51,795 nt of DNA, taken from NCBI GenBank assembly GCA_010025385.1, contig RGTL01000001.1:1-51795 (forward strand). The letters are read 5' to 3'. The translations under genes and the position numbers were made by a program. Below, one piece after another: positions 18,977 to 27,428 of the stretch. The number at the start of each line of letters is the position of its first letter. Position 1 is the first letter of the stretch. Origin of the DNA: Gammaproteobacteria bacterium (GTDB taxonomy: Bacteria; Pseudomonadota; Gammaproteobacteria; Arenicellales; UBA868). The notes beneath the pieces are model-generated. The model did no database searches. It was not told where the DNA came from and was given only the letters and a program-made list of their open reading frames with translations.

Positions 18977-19107
18977 ACAATAAGGCAGGTATGGAGTTTC
19001 CCTACCAATTCTGTGGGAGAAGTCATAAACTCACTTCATAACTGAGCGATACGGCCCTTTTCGCGTTGAACCGCGGCAAGGGTCGACGCATTCAATCGGG
19101 AAACCTC

Positions 19108-20016
19108 ATGGCGGATAGACGGCTGCAAGTATTTTCTACGGTAGCAAGGCTTTTAAGTTTTACCAAGGCCGCCGAAGCGTTGCACATGACCCAACCTGCG
19201 GTCACTTTCCAGATTCGCCAACTCGAAGACTATTTCAATACACGCCTTTTTGACCGCACACACAATCGCATTAGCCTCACGACTGCTGGCTTCTTGGTCA
19301 AAGAGTACGCGGATCAGATCATTTCGCTCTACACCGAAATGGATAACGAGGTTCGAAAGCTCACCGGCGATGTGCTCGGGCCTCTGGTTCTCGGCGCCAG
19401 CACGACGATTGGGGAGTATGTTATCCCGAGTATTCTCGGAGAGTATCAGGCCAACTTTCCGGATGTGGCAGTGCGACTTCACGTCGCCAATACCGAGGGA
19501 GTGCTTCACATGGTTGAGGGAAACGAAATCGATATCGGGATCGTCGAGGGGCCCGTGGGGAATAAAAATCTGGTGTCCAAGGTTTGCTGGGATGATGAAT
19601 TAGTCGTGGTGGCACCCCCAGGCCATCCCTTGGCGGAAGCCGAAACCGTTACCGTTGAACAGATTTTTGAGTATCCCTTTATTAGTCGCGAAGAGGGTTC
19701 GGGCACGCGGGAAGTGATTCACGATTACCTTCAAGCGGCGGGGCGTGATTTTTCCGATCTCAATTTGATTATGGAATTTGGCAGTCCGGAGTCGATAAAG
19801 AGCGCGGTGGCGGCGGGTCTGGGAATATCGATATTGTCTGTCGCCACCTTAAACAAGGAGCTGGAACTTGGTCTTCTAGCGAAGGTCAGCCTCGATGCGC
19901 CCCTGAAGCGACCGTTTTCGATTGTGTATCAAAGGCAAAAATTTCGCTTACGGGCGATGGATGAGTTTCTTGAGTTCACTGAAGCGCATTGCGTTCAGAA
20001 GCAGGCGGGCAGTTAG
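19108..20016 (+). CDS. LysR-family regulator, CysL/CmpR-like subfamily
   Basis: MADRRLQVF..SFTKAAEALHMTQPAVTFQ, GASTTIGEY, REEGSGTRE, SPESIK; start ATG 19108. Confidence 0.88.
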   Translation: MADRRLQVFSTVARLLSFTKAAEALHMTQPAVTFQIRQLEDYFNTRLFDRTHNRISLTTAGFLVKEYADQIISLYTEMDNEVRKLTGDVLGPLVLGASTTIGEYVIPSILGEYQANFPDVAVRLHVANTEGVLHMVEGNEIDIGIVEGPVGNKNLVSKVCWDDELVVVAPPGHPLAEAETVTVEQIFEYPFISREEGSGTREVIHDYLQAAGRDFSDLNLIMEFGSPESIKSAVAAGLGISILSVATLNKELELGLLAKVSLDAPLKRPFSIVYQRQKFRLRAMDEFLEFTEAHCVQKQAGS

Positions 20017-20058
20017 CCCGTCGCCCGGGACCGGCGCACCAAAACGTGGGCGTATTCT

Positions 20059-20412
20059 TTGGCTAATGCTCGCAAGCGCCGGCTGGATGATGTACTGGAT
20101 CAGCTTACCTCTGATCATTTTTCCATGGTGGCAGAATTCGCTGAGTTTTTGCGAACCCGTCAGGGCGAGCCGGAGCCCGACCTGCGGGAACCGGTTGCGA
20201 TACCGCGACCGGCGGAGGAATCCGTGATCGCAGCTATCCGAAGGCTGTCGAAAACCTATCCCATGCTGGCGAAAGATGACCTCTTCAACGAGGCCTCCTC
20301 TCTGATGACTCAACACCTGATGCACGGTGAAAGTGGTGAAGCCACGATCGACCGATTGGAGGCCATGTTTAAGGATCGGTATGAGGCCTGGACCGCTGAG
20401 CGCGTCCGTTAG
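20059..20412 (+). CDS. small helical hypothetical protein
   Basis: Fills the gap between the LysR gene and rppH on the same strand; protein-like composition (EFAEFL, IPRPAEESVIAAIRRLSKTYPML). Confidence 0.7.
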   Translation: MANARKRRLDDVLDQLTSDHFSMVAEFAEFLRTRQGEPEPDLREPVAIPRPAEESVIAAIRRLSKTYPMLAKDDLFNEASSLMTQHLMHGESGEATIDRLEAMFKDRYEAWTAERVR

Positions 20413-20513
20413 CAGCGCCGCCCTGCGATTTTTGCGCTGGTTGTCGTTTTGAATTGCTCTCGCGGGTACGACGTGAAAGAATGGCCGATCGTTTGCAGTA
20501 ACGCGTTGTATAA

Positions 20514-21005
20514 GTGATGACCTACATGAGGCCAGAGAGCGAGACCGACGGGTACAGACCTAACGTGGGCATCGTTTTGTTTAACGGCGCCCGGCAGGTG
20601 CTATGGGCCCGCCGAAGCCGGCGGGACGGCTGGCAGTTTCCTCAGGGCGGTATCGAGGCCGGCGAAACCCTTGAACAAGCGGCGTACCGAGAGCTTTATG
20701 AAGAGGTCGGTTTGAGACCGGAGAACGTGGAACTGGTCGGTCGAACCCAAAGCTGGTTGCGTTACGAAGTGCCGGGCAACCTGCGCTCAAGAAATACTCG
20801 CTTTAGAGGTCAAAAGCAGGTTTGGTTCTTAATGCGGATGCTCGCGGAAGACAGCGATATCTGCCTGGACCTTGGTCCGGTGCCCGAGTTTGATCGCTGG
20901 CAGTGGGTTGATTACTGGCTGCCGCCGCGCAAAGTGGTTTCCTTCAAGCGGGCGGTTTACCGATCCGCCTTATCTGAGCTCGAGCCGTTGTTGCGTTTTA
21001 TTTAG
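20514..21005 (+). CDS. rppH: RNA pyrophosphohydrolase
   Basis: [15 protein letters not shown], Nudix box [20 protein letters not shown]. Confidence 0.95.
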   Translation: MMTYMRPESETDGYRPNVGIVLFNGARQVLWARRSRRDGWQFPQGGIEAGETLEQAAYRELYEEVGLRPENVELVGRTQSWLRYEVPGNLRSRNTRFRGQKQVWFLMRMLAEDSDICLDLGPVPEFDRWQWVDYWLPPRKVVSFKRAVYRSALSELEPLLRFI

Positions 21006-21475
21006 CGCCTGATCCTTTCAATGATGGCGCTTGTTGAGCGATCGAACTCGACAGGTACGCTGTGCACGCTGCCGCCGCTGGCGATGACCTCCGCAGCGCC
21101 CACTATGTGTTCGACGGCCCAATCGCCCCCTTTGACCAGGCGGTCGGGCTTGAGCGCCAAAATCAGATCTATCGGGGTCGGTTGATCAAAAAAAGTCACC
21201 CAATCGACACAGGCCAGTGCAGCGACCACCGCCATCCGATCGTCCAGCGTATTGACGGGTCGGTTGGCGCCTTTGCCTAGTGTTTGAACAGACGAATCGC
21301 TGTTGAGCGCGACTACCAGCGTGTTGCCCAGCTTTGCCGCTGTCTCAAGATAGCTGACATGTCCTCGATGAAGAATGTCGAAACAGCCGTTGGTAAATAC
21401 AACCGGTCGATCGTCTCCGGTTAAATTTTCAACGAGGCGCTTGGTATCGAGAACGATTTTATCGGCGCTGTTCAC
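21002..21475 (-). CDS. rfaE2: D-glycero-beta-D-manno-heptose 1-phosphate adenylyltransferase (RfaE domain II)
   Basis: [38 protein letters not shown]. Confidence 0.92.
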   Translation of the reverse strand: MNSADKIVLDTKRLVENLTGDDRPVVFTNGCFDILHRGHVSYLETAAKLGNTLVVALNSDSSVQTLGKGANRPVNTLDDRMAVVAALACVDWVTFFDQPTPIDLILALKPDRLVKGGDWAVEHIVGAAEVIASGGSVHSVPVEFDRSTSAIIERIRR

Positions 21476-21489
21476 CGATGAATCCGCGA

Positions 21490-22092
21490 TCAGGCCGCTT
21501 CGATGTACTCGAATACCTTGATCACGCGCACCACGCCAGTTACGGATCGGGTGGCGTTAACCGCATCCTCAGCTTCTTTGGCAGTGACGAGGCCCATGAG
21601 GTAGACATTGGCTCGCTCGGTTACCACCTTGATTCGGGTGGAGTCGGCATCGGAGGCGGCGATAGCGGCTTTTACTTTTGTGGTGAGCCAACTGTCATTC
21701 GCGCGACTGGTCATGTTGGTACTGCCGGCGAGTTCGAGGCGGTTAATGACCTGGCGGACGCCCTCATCGGCTTTGACGAGATCAATAATGGTGTCGATGT
21801 CTCGCTGATCGGGGACTTCACCGGTGAGCAGTGTGACGCCGTTGTAGATCGTCACGCTGACGTTTTCGTTCTTGATCTGATCGTCAATTGTACTGGCCAG
21901 TCGTCTTTCCGTTTTGTTGTCGTCCCAGTAGACGCTGGCGCCACGGCGATCCCGCATCACATCAATGCCGACCACCGCGACCGCTGTTACGGCAACGATG
22001 GCGCACCCGCTCACGGATACAGCCACGAGAAGGGCGATTGCAGCGGTTCGAATGGATTTCAGACTGGAGATGTGGCGAGGGCAAAATCGCAT
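21490..22092 (-). CDS. dolP: dual-BON-domain lipoprotein (YraP/DolP)
   Basis: Lipobox VSGC, DRR..WDD, two BON domains (LLTGEV; [16 protein letters not shown]); yra synteny. Confidence 0.85.
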   Translation of the reverse strand: MRFCPRHISSLKSIRTAAIALLVAVSVSGCAIVAVTAVAVVGIDVMRDRRGASVYWDDNKTERRLASTIDDQIKNENVSVTIYNGVTLLTGEVPDQRDIDTIIDLVKADEGVRQVINRLELAGSTNMTSRANDSWLTTKVKAAIAASDADSTRIKVVTERANVYLMGLVTAKEAEDAVNATRSVTGVVRVIKVFEYIEAA

Positions 22093-22096
22093 GACG

Positions 22097-22684
22097 TTAG
22101 GGATCCTTTTGAAAATGTCTGTCGATGAGCGAGCAGAGCGCGTGAATAATTATAGCGTGAGCCTCCTGAATGCGGGCCGTCGTGATGGACGGTACGCGTA
22201 GTTCGATATCGTCGCTTCCCAGCAAAGTCGAAAGCCTGCCGCCATCCCGACCGCTGAGTGCAGTAATGACGACACCCCCCACCTGTTTGGCGGCCGCAAC
22301 GGCCTCAATCAGATTTTCCGAGTTTCCGGAGGTCGTGATCACCATCAGGTGATCACCGGGCCGGGCCAGGGCTTCGATTTGTCGTGAGAAGATATGGCTG
22401 AAACGATAGTCGTTTCCGGCTGCGGTGATAGCGGCGGTATCTGCGCTCAGCGCTATCGCGGCCAGCCCCTGTCTTTCGCTCTCAAAGCGCACCAGCAGCT
22501 CCGCGCTGAAATGCATAGCATCGGCAGCCGACCCCCCATTGCCGCAGACTAGTATTTTTCCGCCCGCGTCTAGTGTGGCAATTAACGAGGAGGCGCATCT
22601 TTCAATATCGGCCGAAAGCATCTCGCCCGTCCGAATAGCGGTTTCCGCACTGCTTCTAAACTGGTCAAGTATCTGTGACTTCAT
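22097..22684 (-). CDS. gmhA: phosphoheptose isomerase (GmhA/DiaA family SIS protein)
   Basis: CGNGGSAADAMHFSAEL, TSGNS, GRDGG, TARIQEAH. The GGSAAD signature and linkage to rfaE2 favour GmhA over DiaA. Confidence 0.82.
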   Translation of the reverse strand: MKSQILDQFRSSAETAIRTGEMLSADIERCASSLIATLDAGGKILVCGNGGSAADAMHFSAELLVRFESERQGLAAIALSADTAAITAAGNDYRFSHIFSRQIEALARPGDHLMVITTSGNSENLIEAVAAAKQVGGVVITALSGRDGGRLSTLLGSDDIELRVPSITTARIQEAHAIIIHALCSLIDRHFQKDP

Positions 22685-22809
22685 AATGGGTTAGCGAGCA
22701 TTGGGCCGGTAAAGCGTGGCACGTTACCTTCGGCGAGAGTATGACGCAAGAAGAGCGCTCCGGCACGGGCTACGGCATCTTGTTGAAGAGCGGCCTCATC
22801 AAGCGTCTT

Positions 22810-23151
22810 TCAGAATGCGTTCCGTAGCCAGTCAAAGACGGGTTTTTCCTTGCTGCCCGACACGGCGAAGACATCGAAGCGACACGGTCGATCCCTGAGA
22901 TTCCGATGCGTGGTCAAGAAATGCTCGGCTGTTCGTTTAAGACGGATTCGCTTGGCGGCGTTAATGGTCTCCTCGGGTCGCCCAAACCGCTCACTCGCCC
23001 GATAACGAACCTCCATAAAAACGACTTCGCTGCGATCCTGCAGGATTAAATCTATCTCACCCTGACGTATACGGTAATTGCGACAAATTAGGCCTAGGCC
23101 CTCGCTTTTCATTGCCTCCATAGCAAAGTCCTCAGACCAGTGACGTTTCAC
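22810..23151 (-). CDS. yraN: YraN (UPF0102) family protein
   Basis: NYR...GEIDLI, FMEVRYR, CRFDV, WLRNAF. Confidence 0.9.
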   Translation of the reverse strand: MKRHWSEDFAMEAMKSEGLGLICRNYRIRQGEIDLILQDRSEVVFMEVRYRASERFGRPEETINAAKRIRLKRTAEHFLTTHRNLRDRPCRFDVFAVSGSKEKPVFDWLRNAF

Positions 23152-23162
23152 GGCGAGAGGTT

Positions 23163-25109
23163 TTAGCGCTCAGGTGCGATGGGAGGATCGAAAATCTGAA
23201 TCAGGCCGTCTTCAAAGTGCGCCCATTCGGATTCTCGATGAATTTCGTTTCGCTCTCGTTTGCTGAGGCGCCCGCTCAGGCCGTCGAACGACCAGCTCTC
23301 GTCAGTGGATCTTTTCAGGAGGCGGCACCCAATGGCGTGGGCATCGGCGCCTAACGCGAAGAATCGACCGAGTGCGGTTTGGGTATAGGGTCGACCAAAG
23401 GCCGAGGTAATTGCCTGTTTGGCGAACTCGCTGCCGTTTCGGATCATCCAGGGCATATCTGCGAACGAGATACCTTCAAGATCCAAATCGTTTACTGGAT
23501 CCGGCGAGCCGTCAAAAATTAGGTTTTGGGCAAATACGTCGATAGATCCGGCTTTATGGAAATTTAGCTGTGGTTTGAGGAGGCGGACGGTGTCTGGTTC
23601 AGCGAAAATAAAAATCGCGTCAAGATCTTGACGGACGGCAACATCGGTTTCGATTTTGATTCCGCCTCCCAGGAAAGCCTTGATGTCCAGAACCTGTTTC
23701 TCACTGGCGTTTAGCCCAAGCACGCGAGTCAGGAGTTGAGAGTAATCCGCTGTGTTCGATGGGATCGTCGCGGATCCAGCGATATCACCCCCCAGATCTG
23801 ACCATGCGGACGCCGCCTGCTGGGCGAGTTGCCTGGCCGTGGGGTCGGTCGACGAAAGGAAAAGGGCATGGCTTAAATTCCGAGTTCGCGCGTGCGCGAC
23901 CAAATCAAGCGCTTCGGCTTCTCTTGATATGTCAATCCAGAACGCATTTTGTCTTGGCGCCATTAAGTCGTGGCCAATCAGCAAGGTCGGCACCGGTAAG
24001 CGCGCCCTCGCCGCGAGGGCATCGACGCCTTCACGCCCCACTGGACCCACAATGAGGCGGGCACCCCCGGCGGCAGCGCTGTCGTATTGCGCCACGGCGC
24101 GCTCGGCCTGGTTTCCAAAGTCGAAAATGCTTACCGAGGCCTCAGCAGAGGACTGCCCGTAGCGACTGAGAAAACCGTTTTTAAAGGCGTTTGCCGCTGC
24201 CTCATAGATTGAACTGAGGGGCAGTATCAGCGCTACACTGTCCTCGGCTTCTAGCATGCATGAATCGGAGGCGCGTTGCGCCGCCAGAATGTGCCCCGGG
24301 TGTTCGGGGTTGGCTTCGATCCACAGGTCGAGTGCCTGCTTAAGGCGTTCGGCCTGCCATCCGTCGTGCCCCAATATGTAAGTCAGGGTAAACCAGGCCA
24401 GTTGGTGGTCTGCAAAAGCAAAGGCTTGCGCAGCTTCGGTCAGTTGATCATCAGGCAATTGGGAAAGCGCCCGATAGACCGCCTGCGCGAGGTCTTGTTT
24501 AAGAGCAGCATCTGTCGTTGTCGAGCTCGCCTGATCCACGACATCGAGCGCCTCTTTTATATTTTCTTGGGCGAAGAGCGCGCGTAGTTGTAAACGATAC
24601 CAAAGCGTGGCCTGTTTCGGATTGTCAAGCGAGTCATTGATCCTCGACAGGATGGCGAGCGCTCGATTGGGTTGACCGGCTCCTACGGATACGGCCGCTT
24701 GAAGCAGCTGATGCTGGACTGAAGCCCACGGTCCTCTCGATGCGCCGCCGACAGAATCGAGGACGACAGATGCAGATTCATAGTCGCCCGACTGGATAAA
24801 CCGCTTCGCGGCTGCCAGATATAAAAGACCTCTCTGATCGACAGATTCGGTGAATGAGCGAGTCAGAAAATCGGTGGCTGTGTAATCAGGAAGAGTGGAT
24901 GCAAAGTCGACTTCCTGAAGCGCCTCTTTTTTTATCACCGGGTCGGACGAGGCGTCTTTAATAGGCGTGGTCGTGTCTGTGGGCGAGGGGGCCGCCGTCT
25001 CAACCTGTGGGCCTGGGATGGGGATGGTGCTGCTGCAACTGGCGACGAAAAGCAAAAAGAATGGGCCGAGAAGCCAAAAACCTGACGCTTTTCTGATAGG
25101 TGAGAACAT
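23163..25109 (-). CDS. lpoA: penicillin-binding protein activator LpoA (LppC family lipoprotein)
   Basis: Lipobox VASC, TPR-like N-domain, ALILPLS, IVGP, LLKPQL, DMPW, ALGADA; divergent from rsmI. Confidence 0.85.
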   Translation of the reverse strand: MFSPIRKASGFWLLGPFFLLFVASCSSTIPIPGPQVETAAPSPTDTTTPIKDASSDPVIKKEALQEVDFASTLPDYTATDFLTRSFTESVDQRGLLYLAAAKRFIQSGDYESASVVLDSVGGASRGPWASVQHQLLQAAVSVGAGQPNRALAILSRINDSLDNPKQATLWYRLQLRALFAQENIKEALDVVDQASSTTTDAALKQDLAQAVYRALSQLPDDQLTEAAQAFAFADHQLAWFTLTYILGHDGWQAERLKQALDLWIEANPEHPGHILAAQRASDSCMLEAEDSVALILPLSSIYEAAANAFKNGFLSRYGQSSAEASVSIFDFGNQAERAVAQYDSAAAGGARLIVGPVGREGVDALAARARLPVPTLLIGHDLMAPRQNAFWIDISREAEALDLVAHARTRNLSHALFLSSTDPTARQLAQQAASAWSDLGGDIAGSATIPSNTADYSQLLTRVLGLNASEKQVLDIKAFLGGGIKIETDVAVRQDLDAIFIFAEPDTVRLLKPQLNFHKAGSIDVFAQNLIFDGSPDPVNDLDLEGISFADMPWMIRNGSEFAKQAITSAFGRPYTQTALGRFFALGADAHAIGCRLLKRSTDESWSFDGLSGRLSKRERNEIHRESEWAHFEDGLIQIFDPPIAPER

Positions 25110-25175
25110 ATTTTCAGTATAGCGGATAGACTTTTTCCAACCGTTTTTCGCTCCCTATGAAGACCCACATTCATC

Positions 25176-26069
25176 GTGACTGACAAATCCAGGCAAAGCG
25201 CGCAGGGCAAATCAGCCGGATCACTTTTCGTGGTGGCAACACCCATTGGCAATCTGGATGATTTTTCTGCCAGGGCGATTCGGGTTCTGAGCGAAGCGAC
25301 AGTGATCGCGGCTGAAGATACTCGACGCACCCGCACGTTGCTTAATCATTTCGGGATCCGGGCTCAGCGATTACTCTCACTGCATGACCACAACGAGTCC
25401 CAGCGTGTTAATGGCTTGATTGAGGAGATGCGCAATGGGAGTGATGTCGCCCTTGTGAGTGATGCCGGCACCCCTCTTATTAGTGATCCAGGGTATCGAC
25501 TGGTGCGCGCCGCGCGTGATCAATCAATCGATGTGCTTACGATTCCCGGGCCAAGTGCTGTGACGTCGGCATTATCAATTTCAGGGTTAGCCACTGATCG
25601 TTTCACTTTCGAAGGGTTTCTTCCCTCGCGGCGAAGTGCGCGGCGGGCAAGCCTCGAATCGCTGGTGGGTGAGACGAGAACCATGGTGTTTTTCGAATCT
25701 GCCAAGCGCGTAGCGGATTCTGTGAGTGATCTGTGTGAGATTTTCGGCGAGCAACGAGAAGCTGCGCTTTGTCGGGAAATGACCAAGCGATTTGAGTCCA
25801 TCCTTCGTGGTGATCTAAAAGAAATTGCGCGATACCTTGCTGCTCAAACCGAAGGAATCAAAGGCGAGATTGTGCTCGTGGTGAGCGGCTCATCAGAGAT
25901 GACCGGTCCTGCCATCGTGAACGAGGCGCTCTTGTTGGATCTGCTCGGTAAGGCGCTGCCTCCCCGACAGGCAAGTGAAATCGCCGCCCGCATTACGGGC
26001 GGGCGCAAGAACGATCTGTACCAGAGGCTATTGAGCCTTCAAGCCGGTAAAAACAAATCCTCAACATAG
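25176..26069 (+). CDS. rsmI: 16S rRNA (cytidine1402-2'-O)-methyltransferase
   Basis: VVATPIGNLDD, AAEDTR, VSDAGTPLISDPG, FEGFLP, REMTK, KGEIV. Confidence 0.96.
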   Translation: MTDKSRQSAQGKSAGSLFVVATPIGNLDDFSARAIRVLSEATVIAAEDTRRTRTLLNHFGIRAQRLLSLHDHNESQRVNGLIEEMRNGSDVALVSDAGTPLISDPGYRLVRAARDQSIDVLTIPGPSAVTSALSISGLATDRFTFEGFLPSRRSARRASLESLVGETRTMVFFESAKRVADSVSDLCEIFGEQREAALCREMTKRFESILRGDLKEIARYLAAQTEGIKGEIVLVVSGSSEMTGPAIVNEALLLDLLGKALPPRQASEIAARITGGRKNDLYQRLLSLQAGKNKSST

Positions 26070-26115
26070 CCCGAGGTACTTGAATCCCGTACGGGAAGGG
26101 TTTAACGTCCGCCGT

Positions 26116-26495
26116 GGAGTTGGCCGGGCAACCGCGGTTTCGAGCTCTGTCTGCGTTCCGATGGGAGTAGATGGTGCGAGATCGAGGAAAGTCCGGGCTC
26201 CTCAGGGCAGGGTGCCAGATAACGTCTGGACGGCGTGAGCCGATGGAAAGTGCCACAGAAAATACACCGCCCAACGAAGCCATTGGCTGGTTGGGTAAGG
26301 GTGAAAAGGTGCGGTAAGAGCGCACCGCGATTCCGGCAACGGGATTGGCAGGGTAAACCCCACCCGGAGCAAGACCAAATAGGAACCCATTGGTGCGGCC
26401 CGTACCGGGTTCGGGTAGGTCGCTTCAGGCGTTCGGTGACGTGCGTCGCAGATGAATGGTTGTCCTAGACAGAACCCGGCTTATAGGCTGACTCC
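26116..26495 (+). ncRNA. rnpB: RNase P RNA, bacterial type A
   Basis: GAGGAAAGTCCGGGCT, AGTGCCACAGAAA, GGTAAACCCC, ACAGAACCCGGCTTA; P1 pairing GGAGTTGGCC/GGCTGACTCC; follows rsmI. Confidence 0.97.
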
Positions 26496-26528
26496 ATTAT
26501 TTCCAATCTAATTAGTTCTTTATAAAAG

Positions 26529-26537
26529 TTATCCACA
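26529..26537 (+). promoter_or_regulatory. consensus DnaA box
   Basis: Perfect TTATCCACA in AT-rich DNA upstream of the dcw promoter; function inferred. Confidence 0.6.
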
Positions 26538-26668
26538 AATTACTTTAAGTTTGCATCGACCGGTACACCTCCTGTGACCCGCAATCCGGCGATCTTTTCG
26601 CGCTACTGGCGGTCGATATACGATCAAGTCGATCGCTAAAAAACTCTGATATTTCAGTTAATTGAGCC

Positions 26669-26698
26669 TTGACAGCCGGTTCTTCTCGTCTCTATAGT
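26669..26698 (+). promoter_or_regulatory. sigma70 promoter of the dcw cluster (Pmra)
   Basis: TTGACA (26669-74), 18 bp spacer, TATAGT (26693-98). Confidence 0.8.
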
Positions 26699-26722
26699 GG
26701 CGAATGGTGGGGAGTTGTGGGG
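26697..26722 (+). promoter_or_regulatory. MraZ-binding direct repeats
   Basis: GTGG at 26697, 26707 and 26717 (exact 10-bp period), matching known MraZ (T)GTGGG boxes; a further TGTGGG near 26748. Confidence 0.85.
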
Positions 26723-26871
26723 ATATAGGTTAAAAACGAGCGAGTTATGTGGGTAAAAAATTCTTCTCAACAGGATTCAGGGATGCCCCTGAAGGCGGCT
26801 TCCCAAGACCGGATTGCTATGCCGTGGATGGCGGCTAATCCATCCAATTCCTCATCCTCCTTTGGTGATTG

Positions 26872-26901
26872 CCCGGCCCCGTAAGGGGCCGGGATTTCTT
26901 T
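26872..26901 (+). terminator. intrinsic terminator-like hairpin within the mraZ leader
   Basis: CCCGGCCCC-GTAA-GGGGCCGGG (9-bp GC stem, GNRA loop) followed by ATTTCTTT. Confidence 0.7.
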
Positions 26902-26958
26902 CACTGCCGGTTTTTGGCAGGCGGTCGGGGACAGGCAAGACAGTGAAGAGCAAGCGTT

Positions 26959-27417
26959 ATGTTTAAAGGGGCCAGTGCACTTAACCTCGACTCAAAAGGT
27001 CGATTTGCGATGCCGACCATGCATCGAGAACCCCTTCTTGGCCGCAGTTCAGGCCGCCTGGTCATCACGGTCAATAACACGCGTGAGCGATGTCTCTGGC
27101 TTTACCCTCAGGATGAGTGGGAGCGCGTAGAGAAAAAGGTCGTTGCGCTCCCCAGTTTTGATGCCGCGGCTCAATCGTTGAAGCGATTCCTGATCGGTTA
27201 CGCGACCGACTGTGAAATGGATAGCGCTAGCCGCATTCGGATACCTGCACCCCTTCGAGAATTTGCTGCACTTGAGAAACACATCGTGCTGATAGGTCAG
27301 GGCAACAAGTTTGAGATCTGGGATGAGCATCAGTGGAAAGCAAGTTGTGAAAAATGGCTGACAGCGCAAAGTGGTGAGGAGCGTTTGTCGGTGGAACTCG
27401 AATCTCTCTCACTCTGA
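26959..27417 (+). CDS. mraZ: transcriptional regulator MraZ
   Basis: LDSKGR, CLWLYP..EW, MDSASRI, GQGNKFEIWD. Confidence 0.96.
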   Translation: MFKGASALNLDSKGRFAMPTMHREPLLGRSSGRLVITVNNTRERCLWLYPQDEWERVEKKVVALPSFDAAAQSLKRFLIGYATDCEMDSASRIRIPAPLREFAALEKHIVLIGQGNKFEIWDEHQWKASCEKWLTAQSGEERLSVELESLSL

Positions 27418-27428
27418 GGAGATTAGTC

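Noticed and set aside
21478-22128. 216-aa plus-strand ORF
   Set aside because: Antisense shadow of the BON-domain lipoprotein gene; no recognisable motifs.
25993-26468. Short ORFs over the rsmI-mraZ gap
   Set aside because: They overlap the RNase P RNA gene.
26500-26660. Replication origin
   Set aside because: Only one clear DnaA box, no box cluster or 13-mer DUE repeats, and no dnaA/gidA context.
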